Part shown: positions 41,998-51,479 of the stretch, piece by piece
Layout of the letters: each line of letters starts with the position of its first letter
How positions within the stretch are numbered: position 1 is the stretch's first letter
NCBI GenBank assembly: GCA_965215125.1
Contig: OZ244052.1
Coordinates: forward strand, 800,001 to 864,000
DNA length: 64,000 bases
Direction of reading: 5' to 3'
From: an uncultured candidatus Porisulfidus sp.
GTDB taxonomy: Bacteria; Pseudomonadota; Gammaproteobacteria; Poriferisulfidales; Oxydemutatoraceae
Made by a program: the position numbers and the translations under genes
The notes under the pieces: model-generated
What the model was told of the DNA's origin: nothing
What the model saw: only the letters and a program-made list of their open reading frames with translations
Databases searched by the model: none

Positions 41998-42201
41998 ATG
42001 TCTATTTTAATGAAAATTAATATCAATGCCGTGCTACAGCACGGCGAGTTTCTGCGTCAAGTGCAGGAGCATCAAACCAAATCTTGGATAAAGGCCGGTA
42101 TGGCCGGCCGTAAGCCGTCTCAGACCACTGCGCTGGATGCAATTCTAGAAATCGCCCAAAAGTACAAAAAAGAAGTCTTAGCGGCCTCTGAGAGAAGTTA
42201 G
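41998..42201 (+). CDS. Small hypothetical protein (possible remnant)
   Basis: About 67 codons with plausible helical composition. No RBS or family recognised. Confidence 0.35.
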   Translation: MSILMKININAVLQHGEFLRQVQEHQTKSWIKAGMAGRKPSQTTALDAILEIAQKYKKEVLAASERS

Positions 42202-42316
42202 TAGATCGGCAAAGTTTTTGGATCAGTGCGAATAAGCGTTTTTATGTAAAATCACGATCGCCGAAGTTATGCACCGATTATAATAGTAAGTTACAGACAA
42301 TAAAAGGAGATTAAAA

Positions 42317-42523
42317 ATGTCAGAAATCGCACTTTACAATGTACTAACAAAGTTAGGGTTAGACCATGACGAAGCAAAGGAAGCGGTTGCCGATATTGCT
42401 AGCACAAAGGATATGGCAACGAAGGTGGATCTAGCAAGCTTGGAGACAAGGCTAACAAATAGAATATATGCCGTCACTGGCATAATAATCGGAGCCGTCG
42501 GATTGATGATTAAGTTTTTATGA
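42317..42523 (+). CDS. Small CCDC90/DUF1640-like membrane-anchored coiled-coil protein
   Basis: LY..L...G.....A.EAV, then ATK.DL..LE.RL and a C-terminal TM. AAGGAG RBS and TATAAT upstream. Confidence 0.8.
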   Translation: MSEIALYNVLTKLGLDHDEAKEAVADIASTKDMATKVDLASLETRLTNRIYAVTGIIIGAVGLMIKFL

Positions 42524-42803
42524 ATAGGATTGCCGGCAAAGAAAACCAAAAATAAACTAATTAGCAATAGTAAAAAGCCTGTTTGCAAAAAGCGCGAGGT
42601 TATTGTACTGAAAAAAAAGATCTTCCCCCAAATAGTAGACATTTTTTTATGCCCGCTTTGTGATAGATTTTTCATAATCTACGGGACACATATAGCCTAG
42701 TGCAGAATGCATAAGCCACCCCGGCACAGGATGGGGATAAAGCGGTACATATCCGCTATTAGTGATAAAATACGGCACTAAACATTCACAACGAGGTTAA
42801 ACA

Positions 42804-43823
42804 ATGCATTCCGTAGCGATCATAGGCGGTACCGGCTACACAGGGTACGAATTGATGCGTCTTTTGGTGCGTCATCCGCATATTAAACTCAGTCAAGTTG
42901 TATCTCGTAGCAAGGCGGGTTGCGCCATAGCAGAAGTATTTCCTAAAATGAAGGGACATACCGATTTGTGCTATACGCAAAGTTTTGCCCCCGACCTCGG
43001 TGCCGATTTAGTATTTTTCGCAACACCCAACGGAACGGCAATGAAGCAAGCCGAAGCGTTGCTTGATTCGGGAATACGTATCGTGGATTTGGCAGCGGAC
43101 TTCAGATTGAGCGAGGCAGACGAATGGAAGCATTGGTACGGAGAGGATCACACCTGCCCGCATTTATTGGAGAAGGCAGTCTACGGTCTAAGCGAAATGA
43201 ATCGTAACCCTATTGCCGATGCGACTTTGGTGGCTAACCCGGGCTGTTATCCGACTTCGGTGATACTCGGCTTAAAGCCTTTGATAGAAGCAGGCTATGC
43301 CGATATTTCATGTTTGATAGTCGATTCAAAATCGGGTGTAAGCGGGGCAGGTCGGCAAGCGAGTGTGGAATTGCTATTCGGAGAGTGTAGCGAAAACTTT
43401 AGAGCCTACAAAGCCTCCGGCCATAGGCATTGGCCGGAAATCAACCAACAATTATGCCGGATTGCCGGTGTCGAAGTCGGATTCGGTTTTACGCCCCACT
43501 TGCTACCGATTTTTCGCGGTCTGCAATCGAGCTTGTATATTAAAACGGCTGCCGAGCTATCGGAACTTCAGTACTGCTTAGAGCAGGCTTATGCAGATGA
43601 ACCTTTCGTACAGGTCATGCCGCCCGATAGTCATCCACAAACCCGAGATGTGAGCGGCACCAATGTATGTTTGCTTGCGGTGCATAAACCGCAATACGGT
43701 GATATTGCAGTCGTGTTTTCGGTAATCGATAATCTGATCAAAGGGGCTGCCGGTCAAGCGGTGCAGAATATGAATTTGATGTTCGGCATAGATGAAACGG
43801 CAGGGCTTGTTGATTTATACTAA
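42804..43823 (+). CDS. argC: N-acetyl-gamma-glutamyl-phosphate reductase
   Basis: GGTGYTG, ANPGCYPT, SGVSGAGR and DNLIKGAAGQAVQNMN. Confidence 0.98.
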   Translation: MHSVAIIGGTGYTGYELMRLLVRHPHIKLSQVVSRSKAGCAIAEVFPKMKGHTDLCYTQSFAPDLGADLVFFATPNGTAMKQAEALLDSGIRIVDLAADFRLSEADEWKHWYGEDHTCPHLLEKAVYGLSEMNRNPIADATLVANPGCYPTSVILGLKPLIEAGYADISCLIVDSKSGVSGAGRQASVELLFGECSENFRAYKASGHRHWPEINQQLCRIAGVEVGFGFTPHLLPIFRGLQSSLYIKTAAELSELQYCLEQAYADEPFVQVMPPDSHPQTRDVSGTNVCLLAVHKPQYGDIAVVFSVIDNLIKGAAGQAVQNMNLMFGIDETAGLVDLY

Positions 43824-43850
43824 AAGTCTATATCATTCAAAGAGGAATAT

Positions 43851-46124
43851 GTGAAATACCGAACATACGCCAAGAGATCAAAATCTACCGCAAACATTTT
43901 GGGACACGACTCGATGTATCTGCGCAAAGGAAGTGGTTTATTGCTTATCTTCATAGGCTTATATTTTCTGCTCTCAATGTTGAGTTATCAAGCGGACGAC
44001 CCGTCGTGGGCAAATAATATCAGCATGGACGAGACGCAAAACTTGGGAGGAATCGTCGGTGCATGGGTTGCCTATACTTTTTATTTTCTTTTCGGGGCAC
44101 CGTCGCTCGTGCTGTTGCCGCTGGCTATTTTTACAAGTGCCCGCCGTTTGTTCAATCCTAATTACACACAGCTCTCTATATGGAATAGGCACCTAATTAT
44201 TTGGTTGGCTGCGTTGCTGGCGATAATTGCTTGTTGTGGATTGGCAACCTTGCATTTTGTCACACCTGATCTTCCTACCAGTAGCGGTGGTCGTCTGGGT
44301 GAATTGGTTATACAGAGTTTTTATCCGCTATTCGGTATGATAGGTTCCACCTTGTTATTGCTGGGTTTGATCGTAGGCAGCCTGACGGTGATGATGGATA
44401 TCGCATGGCTGAAGATAGCGGATGCGGTCGGTTTGGCGTTGTTCTCGACTGCACAATGGTTCGTGGATACCAAGCAGTGGATACAAAGCCGTCTATTGGT
44501 TCACGAACGTTCCGTAGAACGCGCCCGAGCAGTCTCAAAGCGTAAGAAAAAACTCGTCAACAGAACCCCTCCCAAAATAGGAAATATGCTCAACAGTCTG
44601 TCGCCCGGCACGAAAAGTACGAAAAAACAACAAATCGCATTGCCGATCGAAGGAAAAGAGGAATTACCTTCGTTGAGTCTACTAGATCGAGAAACAGCAT
44701 CGGTCTCGAGTTACTCTAAAGACGAACTGGAAAAACTTGCCAGACAACTGGAAATTAAATTAGAAGATTTCGGCATCGTAGCTCAGGTGACCGAAGCACA
44801 ACCCGGCCCTGTGGTCACCCGTTTTGAAGTGATGCCGTCTCCCGGCACCAAAGCGAGCAGTATTAGCAACCTCCAAAAAGACCTTGCGCGATCCTTATTG
44901 CTCCCCAGCATCCGAGTAGTGGAAGTGATCCCGGGGAAATCGTCGGTCGGCATAGAAGTGCCGAATAGAACGCGATCGGTTGTCAAATTCGGTGAACTCT
45001 TGCAGTCCGAAGAATACGAAAAACAGCACTCGCCGTTAACGCTTGCATTAGGCAAGGATGTTGCAGGTCAAGCGATATTCATAGATTTAGAAAAGTTACC
45101 CCACCTGCTGGTTGCCGGCACCACCGGTTCGGGCAAATCGGTTGCAGTACATTCTATGCTGGCGAGCTTGTTATTTCGTAATCTCCCCTCGCAAGTTCGT
45201 TTGATTTTGGTAGACCCTAAAATGCTTGAACTTAAATCGTATGAGAATATCCCTCATTTATTGTTACCTCTGATTACCGATATGCAGGAAGCTGCCGGTG
45301 CCTTACGGTGGGCAGTTGCCGAAATGGAACGGCGCTATCGCTTGATGGCGGCACTCAATGTACGCAACATCACATCGTATAACAATAAAGTTACTAAGGC
45401 TAAAAAAAGAAGGGAACCGATTGCCGACCCGCTCTTTGAGAGTGAAGACGAAGCCGCAATAGCTCCAACACTCGACGAGATACCGTATATCGTCATCGTC
45501 ATCGATGAATTCGCCGATATGATTATGATGGTGGGCAAGAAAGTAGAAGAACTGATTATCCGACTGGCTCAAAAAGCACGTGCTGCGGGAATACATTTGG
45601 TACTGGCTACACAAAGACCTTCGGTTGATATTATTACCGGTCTGGTCAAAGCGAATGTGCCGGCGAGAATCGCATTTCAAGTTTCCTCAAAGGTCGATTC
45701 GCGCACCATATTGGATCAAAACGGTGCCGAACAGCTGCTGGGGCAAGGCGATATGCTGTGTCTGATGCCGAGCTACGCAACGCCGATGCGTGTACACGGT
45801 GCTTTCATATCGGATAGCGAAGTGCAAGCGGTCACCGACTTTTTACGCAAACAAGGCGAGCCGTTTTATATAGAAAACCTGAATACATCGGACAACGGGG
45901 AGGTCGGTTTTAATGCTGCAGAAACCGAAGACCCGCTCTATAAGCAAGCGGTGGAAATCGTAACCGAATCGGGTAAAGCGTCTATCTCTTATCTACAACG
46001 CCGCCTCAAAATAGGTTATAACCGAGCGGCACGCATGATAGAAGAAATGGAAAGTGCCAAGATAGTTTCCAGCATACAATCGAGCGGATCCCGCCAAGTA
46101 TTGGTCTCGTCGTCTAGAAAGTGA
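43851..46124 (+). CDS. ftsK: DNA translocase FtsK
   Basis: N-terminal TM domain, PHLLVAGTTGSGKSV, LATQRPSVD and a gamma domain (LQRRLKIGYNRAAR). Confidence 0.98.
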   Translation: MKYRTYAKRSKSTANILGHDSMYLRKGSGLLLIFIGLYFLLSMLSYQADDPSWANNISMDETQNLGGIVGAWVAYTFYFLFGAPSLVLLPLAIFTSARRLFNPNYTQLSIWNRHLIIWLAALLAIIACCGLATLHFVTPDLPTSSGGRLGELVIQSFYPLFGMIGSTLLLLGLIVGSLTVMMDIAWLKIADAVGLALFSTAQWFVDTKQWIQSRLLVHERSVERARAVSKRKKKLVNRTPPKIGNMLNSLSPGTKSTKKQQIALPIEGKEELPSLSLLDRETASVSSYSKDELEKLARQLEIKLEDFGIVAQVTEAQPGPVVTRFEVMPSPGTKASSISNLQKDLARSLLLPSIRVVEVIPGKSSVGIEVPNRTRSVVKFGELLQSEEYEKQHSPLTLALGKDVAGQAIFIDLEKLPHLLVAGTTGSGKSVAVHSMLASLLFRNLPSQVRLILVDPKMLELKSYENIPHLLLPLITDMQEAAGALRWAVAEMERRYRLMAALNVRNITSYNNKVTKAKKRREPIADPLFESEDEAAIAPTLDEIPYIVIVIDEFADMIMMVGKKVEELIIRLAQKARAAGIHLVLATQRPSVDIITGLVKANVPARIAFQVSSKVDSRTILDQNGAEQLLGQGDMLCLMPSYATPMRVHGAFISDSEVQAVTDFLRKQGEPFYIENLNTSDNGEVGFNAAETEDPLYKQAVEIVTESGKASISYLQRRLKIGYNRAARMIEEMESAKIVSSIQSSGSRQVLVSSSRK

Positions 46125-46756
46125 TGAAGCGATATATTAAGGCAGTTTGCCTTGTTTGTTTGTTTGCTATCTTTACACCCGCACATACCGATACATTGAC
46201 TGCTCTGGATGTTTTCTTCAAATCCGAGACTTTTCGAGCCAATTTCGATCAAGAGGTTTATAGCTCGGAGGGACAAAAAATCGACGAGTCCAAAGGATTT
46301 ACCTTGTTTCATAGACCCGGCCGCTTTCGTTGGGAATACGTCTCCCCGGAACCTTATTTGATTTTAACCGACGGCTTAAGTCTGCTTATCTACGATGTGC
46401 CGTTAAAACAAGCGTATTTACGCCCTACACTCAATACTCTTGGAAAAGCACCACTGATGCTCCTTTTGGATAAGCGTACTGCGGTTGACGATTTTTATAT
46501 AGACATCATAGCCGACAACGCCTACCCGAACATAGAGGGGGTGAGTTGGCTGAGGTTGGTACCAAAAGTAGACGACACCGACTTTGTTTTTTTTGATATA
46601 GGGTTTGAGGGAGAGCGTCTATCGCATTTAATACTCTACGACCACTTCGATCAATACACTCAGATACATTTTTACGATATACAAACAAACCCGGAATTTA
46701 AGAAAGACTATTTCCGTATCGAGCTACCGGAAGATGTAGATGTGATTCGGAATTGA
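46124..46756 (+). CDS. lolA: Outer-membrane lipoprotein chaperone
   Basis: Signal peptide, A.F.Q, RPGRFRWEY and YD..LKQ. Follows ftsK. Confidence 0.92.
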   Translation: MKRYIKAVCLVCLFAIFTPAHTDTLTALDVFFKSETFRANFDQEVYSSEGQKIDESKGFTLFHRPGRFRWEYVSPEPYLILTDGLSLLIYDVPLKQAYLRPTLNTLGKAPLMLLLDKRTAVDDFYIDIIADNAYPNIEGVSWLRLVPKVDDTDFVFFDIGFEGERLSHLILYDHFDQYTQIHFYDIQTNPEFKKDYFRIELPEDVDVIRN

Positions 46757-46776
46757 AGCCGTGTCGCTATAAAAAA

Positions 46777-46815
46777 TAGAACCGCCACTTGTTGCAGTAG
46801 TGCAAGTGGCGTGAC
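46777..46815. repeat. Modular repeat copy 3 (solo arm B hairpin), possibly acting as a terminator
   Basis: TAGAACCGCCACTTG-TTGCAGTAGTG-CAAGTGGCGTGAC, between the convergent lolA and sulfotransferase genes. Confidence 0.8.
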
Positions 46816-46840
46816 GTTATAAGGTAGGCTTACAGTGTAA

Positions 46841-47653
46841 TTATCCGTATCTGGCAAGATAAAGCTTTATGCCTCGGTATCGCTTAATGGTAAGGAGTTT
46901 CTGAAAGGCATTTTTTCTAGTTATTAAATTTTGCTCGCTTAATTTTTTTTGAAAAAACTTAAGATCACTGGAAGAGTTAAAGCCCCTCCAATCTCTGTTT
47001 CCTCCTTGTTGCGAGAGTTTTTTATAGTAGTTATAGTTTTCTATAAAAGCCTTGTAACGCTCATAGGATCCATTCAGAAAATATCTAATGCGAGATATTT
47101 CTCTTTCCGGGTATGTTAGTAAATCTTCATAGTATATAACCATTTTGTCTCCCTTAAAACGATCGTAGGCAACTATTAAATCTAAATAATCGAAAGCTGT
47201 ACCGATAAAATTTATAACGTTCCTAGGTCTACTAATAAGTTCATGATAATCTCTAATTATCAGCAAAATAGCCGATACAAAAGTCGCTTTATAAGCCCAA
47301 TGAGATTTATAAAGAATAAAGGGATTTTTTGGATTTACATGAGCTAAGGGATGTTCTTTGCCAGGGAAAGTATTTAGATAAATAGGAACATCTTTTGCAT
47401 TACCTATGCCTCCATAAGTAGGGGAACTGGTGAGATATTCGGCTATAAAACGAACCCAATGATTACCGCTTTGAGGAGACGACCATAGTGCCCTATGATT
47501 GAAGGCAAGGTTACGGGTAAAATAGCCAAAGTAATCTATCTTATTCGGATTAGTTAGAAATAAATAAAATAATAAGTCTGCGATTCTTTTTGAAAAAAAT
47601 GAGTTACTATCAAGTCTATTGAATACAAGTCTATTGAATAATTTGCGATACAT
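46841..47653 (-). CDS. PAPS-dependent sulfotransferase-like protein
   Basis: SSPQSGNHWVRFI (variant of the S.P.SG..W 5'-PSB loop), YKSH, LLIIRD and IYYEDL. AT-rich. Confidence 0.72.
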   Translation of the reverse strand: MYRKLFNRLVFNRLDSNSFFSKRIADLLFYLFLTNPNKIDYFGYFTRNLAFNHRALWSSPQSGNHWVRFIAEYLTSSPTYGGIGNAKDVPIYLNTFPGKEHPLAHVNPKNPFILYKSHWAYKATFVSAILLIIRDYHELISRPRNVINFIGTAFDYLDLIVAYDRFKGDKMVIYYEDLLTYPEREISRIRYFLNGSYERYKAFIENYNYYKKLSQQGGNRDWRGFNSSSDLKFFQKKLSEQNLITRKNAFQKLLTIKRYRGIKLYLARYG

Positions 47654-47757
47654 GTATCATCCGGTAAATAATATTAAACATTATTTTAGCATTTATAGGG
47701 GAAAGCTATGTGTCATTGTAATGCGCTTAGGTTCTACACAAAGTTACACCGTTTGTG

Positions 47758-48222
47758 TTATCGCATCTTCTGGAGCCTGCGCTTTTCCATATCCCAACTG
47801 CGGTTGCGTTCAGCCATGCGTTTATCGTATTTGTGTTTTCCTTTGCCGATCCCCAGTTGGAGCTTGGCGCGGTTATTTTTCCAGTGCAGATCCAGCGGTA
47901 TTAGGGAGTAACCCTTGCGCGTGAGTTTTCCTTGCAAGCTGCGTAGTTCACGGCGATTGAGTAATAACTTGCGGGTGCGGGTAGGGTTTATCCGCGGATC
48001 ACTTACGCTCGGCAACGGACTGATATGCGCATTGATTAACCACGCCTCGTTATCTTTCAGTATCGCATAGCTTTCTTTTAATTGTATGCGATTGGCTCTT
48101 AGACTTTTAACTTCCCAACCGTTGAGTACGATACCCGCTTCTATGCGCTCGTCTATGAAGTAGTCGCGCATCGCTTTAGGATTATGTGCCGTTTTGTTTC
48201 TTTTTATTTTGTTAGTTTTCAT
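47758..48222 (-). CDS. smpB: SsrA-binding protein
   Basis: EAGIVLNGWEVKSLR, RTRKLLL and GKGK.KYDKR. Confidence 0.97.
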   Translation of the reverse strand: MKTNKIKRNKTAHNPKAMRDYFIDERIEAGIVLNGWEVKSLRANRIQLKESYAILKDNEAWLINAHISPLPSVSDPRINPTRTRKLLLNRRELRSLQGKLTRKGYSLIPLDLHWKNNRAKLQLGIGKGKHKYDKRMAERNRSWDMEKRRLQKMR

Positions 48223-48277
48223 AGTTCTACTATAATAAGGTTTTACTTTTTATTTGCGGGGGGGCATATTCTATACA

Positions 48278-49639
48278 ATGAAAGAGAACGATAACAATTA
48301 TACACACAGCCAGTGGAGTTCTCGCTTCGTATTCATTATGGCAGCAATTGGTTTTGCGGTTGGTCTGGGTAATATATGGCGTTTCCCCTATATCGTCGGA
48401 GAGTATGGCGGTGGTGCTTTCGTATTACTCTATATATTCTTTATAGTACTGATGGGCTTGCCGGCCATGATGAGCGAGATCATGCTAGGTCGTCTGGGCA
48501 AGCACAACACCATAGATACTTTTACACATTTTCGCTCCGAATACGGAACTAGTTCATTCTGGAAAATAATCGGTTTGATGGGGATTATAACGGGTATCTT
48601 GATTCTATCCTTCTATAGCGTAATTGCCGGGTGGGTCCTGTCTTATATACCCTATTCCGTGCAAGGTGTTTTTGAAAATCAATCGGTCGAAGGTATTGCG
48701 AGTATTTTCGATGAACTCACCGCAAACCCCGGTCGTATGATTTTGTGGCACACCTTATTTATGATAATCACTGCGATCGTATTTATGCGCAACATCAATG
48801 CCGGCGTAGGGAGAGTAGTCTCTTATTTTATGCCGTTGCTACTACTACTGATAATCGCAATGATGATCTACAGTGCTTATGAAGCCGATATGGGACAAGC
48901 CATACACTTCCTGTTTAGATTCAGTTGGGATGACTTCAGTACCGAGATGGTCATAGTTGCTTTAGGGCAAGCATTTTTTTCATTGGGTATCGGCATGGGT
49001 GCGGCAATGATATATGGTTCTTATTTACCGAACCGAGTACCGTTATTAAGCACAACCGCTATCATCGCCACAGCCGACACTCTGGTCGCTATTTTTGCCT
49101 CCTTGATGATTTTTCCTATTTTGTTTTCCTTTAATCTAGAGCCGGCAGCAGGGCCAGGCTTAATTTTTAAGACTCTTCCTATTGCTTTCTCACAAATGCC
49201 CGGAGGTGATTTAGTAGGCTTCACATTTTTCATATTACTTTTTATCGCTGCCTGGACCTCGGCTTTCTCGTTGTTGGAACCTTTCGTTGCGTGGTTGGTA
49301 GAATATACTCGCTGGACACGCGGGCAAGCTGCCGCAATCGCCGCCGGTTTGATTTGGTTGTTGGGCTTCGCAACTATCTTTTCTTTTAATATATGGCAAG
49401 AAGTCAAACTAGGAGGAATGACACTGTTTGACTTGGTGGATAAATTCACCGCCAATATCACGCTACCCTTGGGCGGGTTGTTGATTACTCTGTTTGCCGG
49501 TTGGTTTTTGCCTGCGATGGCAAGCAAAAAACAACTTAATTTAGGTTCCGAGTTGCATTATCGGATATGGCGATGGAGCGTACGCTATTTCTGCCCGATC
49601 TTGATATTGGCCATTATGATTGCCAGTTGGATAGCTTAA
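48278..49639 (+). CDS. Sodium-dependent transporter (NSS/SNF family)
   Basis: AVGLGNIWRFPY..GGGAF, QAFFSLG.G and GPGLIF. Start set at ATG 48278. Confidence 0.95.
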   Translation: MKENDNNYTHSQWSSRFVFIMAAIGFAVGLGNIWRFPYIVGEYGGGAFVLLYIFFIVLMGLPAMMSEIMLGRLGKHNTIDTFTHFRSEYGTSSFWKIIGLMGIITGILILSFYSVIAGWVLSYIPYSVQGVFENQSVEGIASIFDELTANPGRMILWHTLFMIITAIVFMRNINAGVGRVVSYFMPLLLLLIIAMMIYSAYEADMGQAIHFLFRFSWDDFSTEMVIVALGQAFFSLGIGMGAAMIYGSYLPNRVPLLSTTAIIATADTLVAIFASLMIFPILFSFNLEPAAGPGLIFKTLPIAFSQMPGGDLVGFTFFILLFIAAWTSAFSLLEPFVAWLVEYTRWTRGQAAAIAAGLIWLLGFATIFSFNIWQEVKLGGMTLFDLVDKFTANITLPLGGLLITLFAGWFLPAMASKKQLNLGSELHYRIWRWSVRYFCPILILAIMIASWIA

Positions 49640-49646
49640 GTAGCCA

Positions 49647-50090
49647 ATGAGTCGTATTGCACGCGAAGCCATAGTGCCTTATACCTGCCGCCAAATGTAT
49701 AATTTAGTCACCGATGTGACGAGCTATCCCGAATTTATTTCATGGTGCAACCGCGTTGACACCGAAATCGTAGACCAAAACTCGGTTAAAGTGCGGCTAG
49801 GAATACTTTATAAAAAAAACGTAGACTTGTCTTTTACGACGATCAATACTAATACACCCGGTCGGTCCGTAGAAATGAAATTAGCAGACGGCCCCTTTAG
49901 CCGATTGAGCGGTCATTGGTATTTTAATTCTTTGGGAGAACGCGGTTGTAAAATCATCTTTCAATTGGATTACGAATTTAATAAATCCTTGAAAAATTTA
50001 CTGGTTAGAAGAGTCTTTAACGAAGTGTCGACATCTTTGTTGGATTCTTTCCGCACGCGTGCACGGCAAAAATACGGAACACCCGCCTGA
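49647..50090 (+). CDS. ratA: RatA/PasT (Coq10-like START-domain protein)
   Basis: MYNLV.DV.SYPEF..WC and GPF..L.G.W.F. Confidence 0.92.
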   Translation: MSRIAREAIVPYTCRQMYNLVTDVTSYPEFISWCNRVDTEIVDQNSVKVRLGILYKKNVDLSFTTINTNTPGRSVEMKLADGPFSRLSGHWYFNSLGERGCKIIFQLDYEFNKSLKNLLVRRVFNEVSTSLLDSFRTRARQKYGTPA

Positions 50091-50364
50091 AGGACGGATA
50101 GAGATCGTTTATGCCTCGGCGCATAGCCAAAAGGTGGTACACATCGGTTTCAAACCTGCGATGCGCGTCATAGATGCAATTCGTCAATCCGGTTTATTAA
50201 CAGAGTTTCCGGAAATCAACACGACAGAACCTGCGGTCGGTATATTCGGTCGCAAAGTGTCTTTAGATACACCGCTTAATGAGGGTGACCGCGTAGAGAT
50301 TTATCGTCCCTTGGAATGTTCCCCACAAGATGCCCGTCGTCGTCGCGCCTTCAAGGACAACTAA
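50059..50364 (+). CDS. ratB: RnfH/RatB/PasI ubiquitin-like protein
   Basis: IEIVYA, VGIFG and GDRVEIYRPL...P..ARRRRA. Start uncertain. Confidence 0.9.
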   Translation: MHGKNTEHPPEGRIEIVYASAHSQKVVHIGFKPAMRVIDAIRQSGLLTEFPEINTTEPAVGIFGRKVSLDTPLNEGDRVEIYRPLECSPQDARRRRAFKDN

Positions 50365-50771
50365 TTTTTGTCGACTTCTCTAGATCTATTTTCAACAAGA
50401 TTTTTTGTTTTCCGCAAACGTTCTATGCGGTTGCCGTCGAAAAATAATGTCAGGCGATGAAGTTCTATCTCTTCATTTGAGACATTACGGTAATAAACAT
50501 AGTCCCAGCGGTCGTCGTGAAAAACGGTTGGCAACACCGGTTCCCCCAACAGATAGATCACCTGATTTTTATTCATACCCACTTTTACTTGCGCAACTTT
50601 TGATTGCTCCAATATATTGCCCTGTGTAATCTCAATTCTATAGAGTCTATAGGTGTCGGGGTTGAATAAGCGAGCAAAAAATCCTGTTGATTCCTCGCCC
50701 AGTTGACTGCCACAAGAACAAAGCAATATACTTAAATTTGCGATAATTAGCTTGAAATTTGGTTTGCCCAT
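50361..50771 (-). CDS. bamE: Outer-membrane protein assembly lipoprotein BamE
   Basis: Lipobox-like LLCSC, I.QGN, GMNK.QV.YLLG.P and RWDYVY. Start reassigned to ATG 50771. Confidence 0.93.
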   Translation of the reverse strand: MGKPNFKLIIANLSILLCSCGSQLGEESTGFFARLFNPDTYRLYRIEITQGNILEQSKVAQVKVGMNKNQVIYLLGEPVLPTVFHDDRWDYVYYRNVSNEEIELHRLTLFFDGNRIERLRKTKNLVENRSREVDKN

Positions 50772-50811
50772 TACACAATGATAATATAAACGGCTTAAAT
50801 TGGTAAATAAT

Positions 50812-51243
50812 ATGAACCAACAAGATATTAAACGGGCAGGACTTAAGGTTACGGTACCGAGAATCAAAATACTAGAAATAATGGAGGGAGCGGACTCTCG
50901 CCATGTAACCCCTGAACACATACACCGAAAGCTAACCTTAAAAGGGGAGAATGTTGGTTTGGCAACTATCTATAATGTGCTTGCCCAATTTGAAGCATCC
51001 GGACTGATACTGCGCCGCTATCTAAAAAAAGGACAAGCCTGTTACGAGATCAACCGAGGCGAACATCACGATCACATGGTCTGCACCCAGTGCGGTAGAA
51101 TAGTCGAATTCGTCGATCAAACCATAGAAAAACGTCAAGACGCTATTGCCAAGAAACACGGTTTTAAACTCAACGACCACTCTTTGGTGATGTACGTGGA
51201 TTGCACCTCAAAAAATTGTAAATATCTAAATCAATCCGAGTAG
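50812..51243 (+). CDS. fur: Ferric uptake regulator
   Basis: GLKVTVPR.KIL, GLATIY.VL.QF and HHDHMVC..CG...EF. Confidence 0.96.
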   Translation: MNQQDIKRAGLKVTVPRIKILEIMEGADSRHVTPEHIHRKLTLKGENVGLATIYNVLAQFEASGLILRRYLKKGQACYEINRGEHHDHMVCTQCGRIVEFVDQTIEKRQDAIAKKHGFKLNDHSLVMYVDCTSKNCKYLNQSE

Positions 51244-51460
51244 AACCACCGATTGAGCCGGTAGGTCAATCGGCGTGACATTGTGCAGAACCTTAACATG
51301 GGTGTGTAGGGCGGACCATTCCCCTCCTGTGGAGGGGTGGCAGGCGAAGCCTGACGGGGTGGTTGTGTCGTATTTGCACTATTTTATACATTCATCCATT
51401 TGATCTATGGGAACCATTATTTGTTTATGCAGGGTGGTTGGTACTGCGCATAACAGCACT
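51241..51460. repeat. Modular repeat copy 4 (arm A, intact CCCCTCC/CACCCC module, inverted core)
   Basis: TAGAACCACCGATT..AATCGGCGTGACATTGTGCAGAACCT, then ATTCCCCTCCTGTGGAGGGGTGGCAGGCGAAGCCTGACGGGGTGGTTGTGTCGTAT. Confidence 0.85.
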
Positions 51461-51479
51461 CGAGGGAAATGGTCAGCCC

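Noticed and set aside
48258-48264. G7 tract as a phase-variable promoter element
   Set aside because: The tract is short and does not lie between convincingly spaced -35/-10 boxes. It cannot be supported without read data.
47654-48277. tmRNA (ssrA) expected near smpB
   Set aside because: No tmRNA-like ends or tag reading frame are seen. The flanking space is occupied by the sulfotransferase gene.
48278-49639. NSS transporter between smpB and ratA as a novel insertion
   Set aside because: The same arrangement is known in other Gammaproteobacteria such as Pseudomonas, so it is treated as ordinary synteny.
49647-50364. RatA/RatB as a toxin-antitoxin system
   Set aside because: It is a conserved core pair, and RatA/PasT is a Coq10-like ubiquinone-binding protein.
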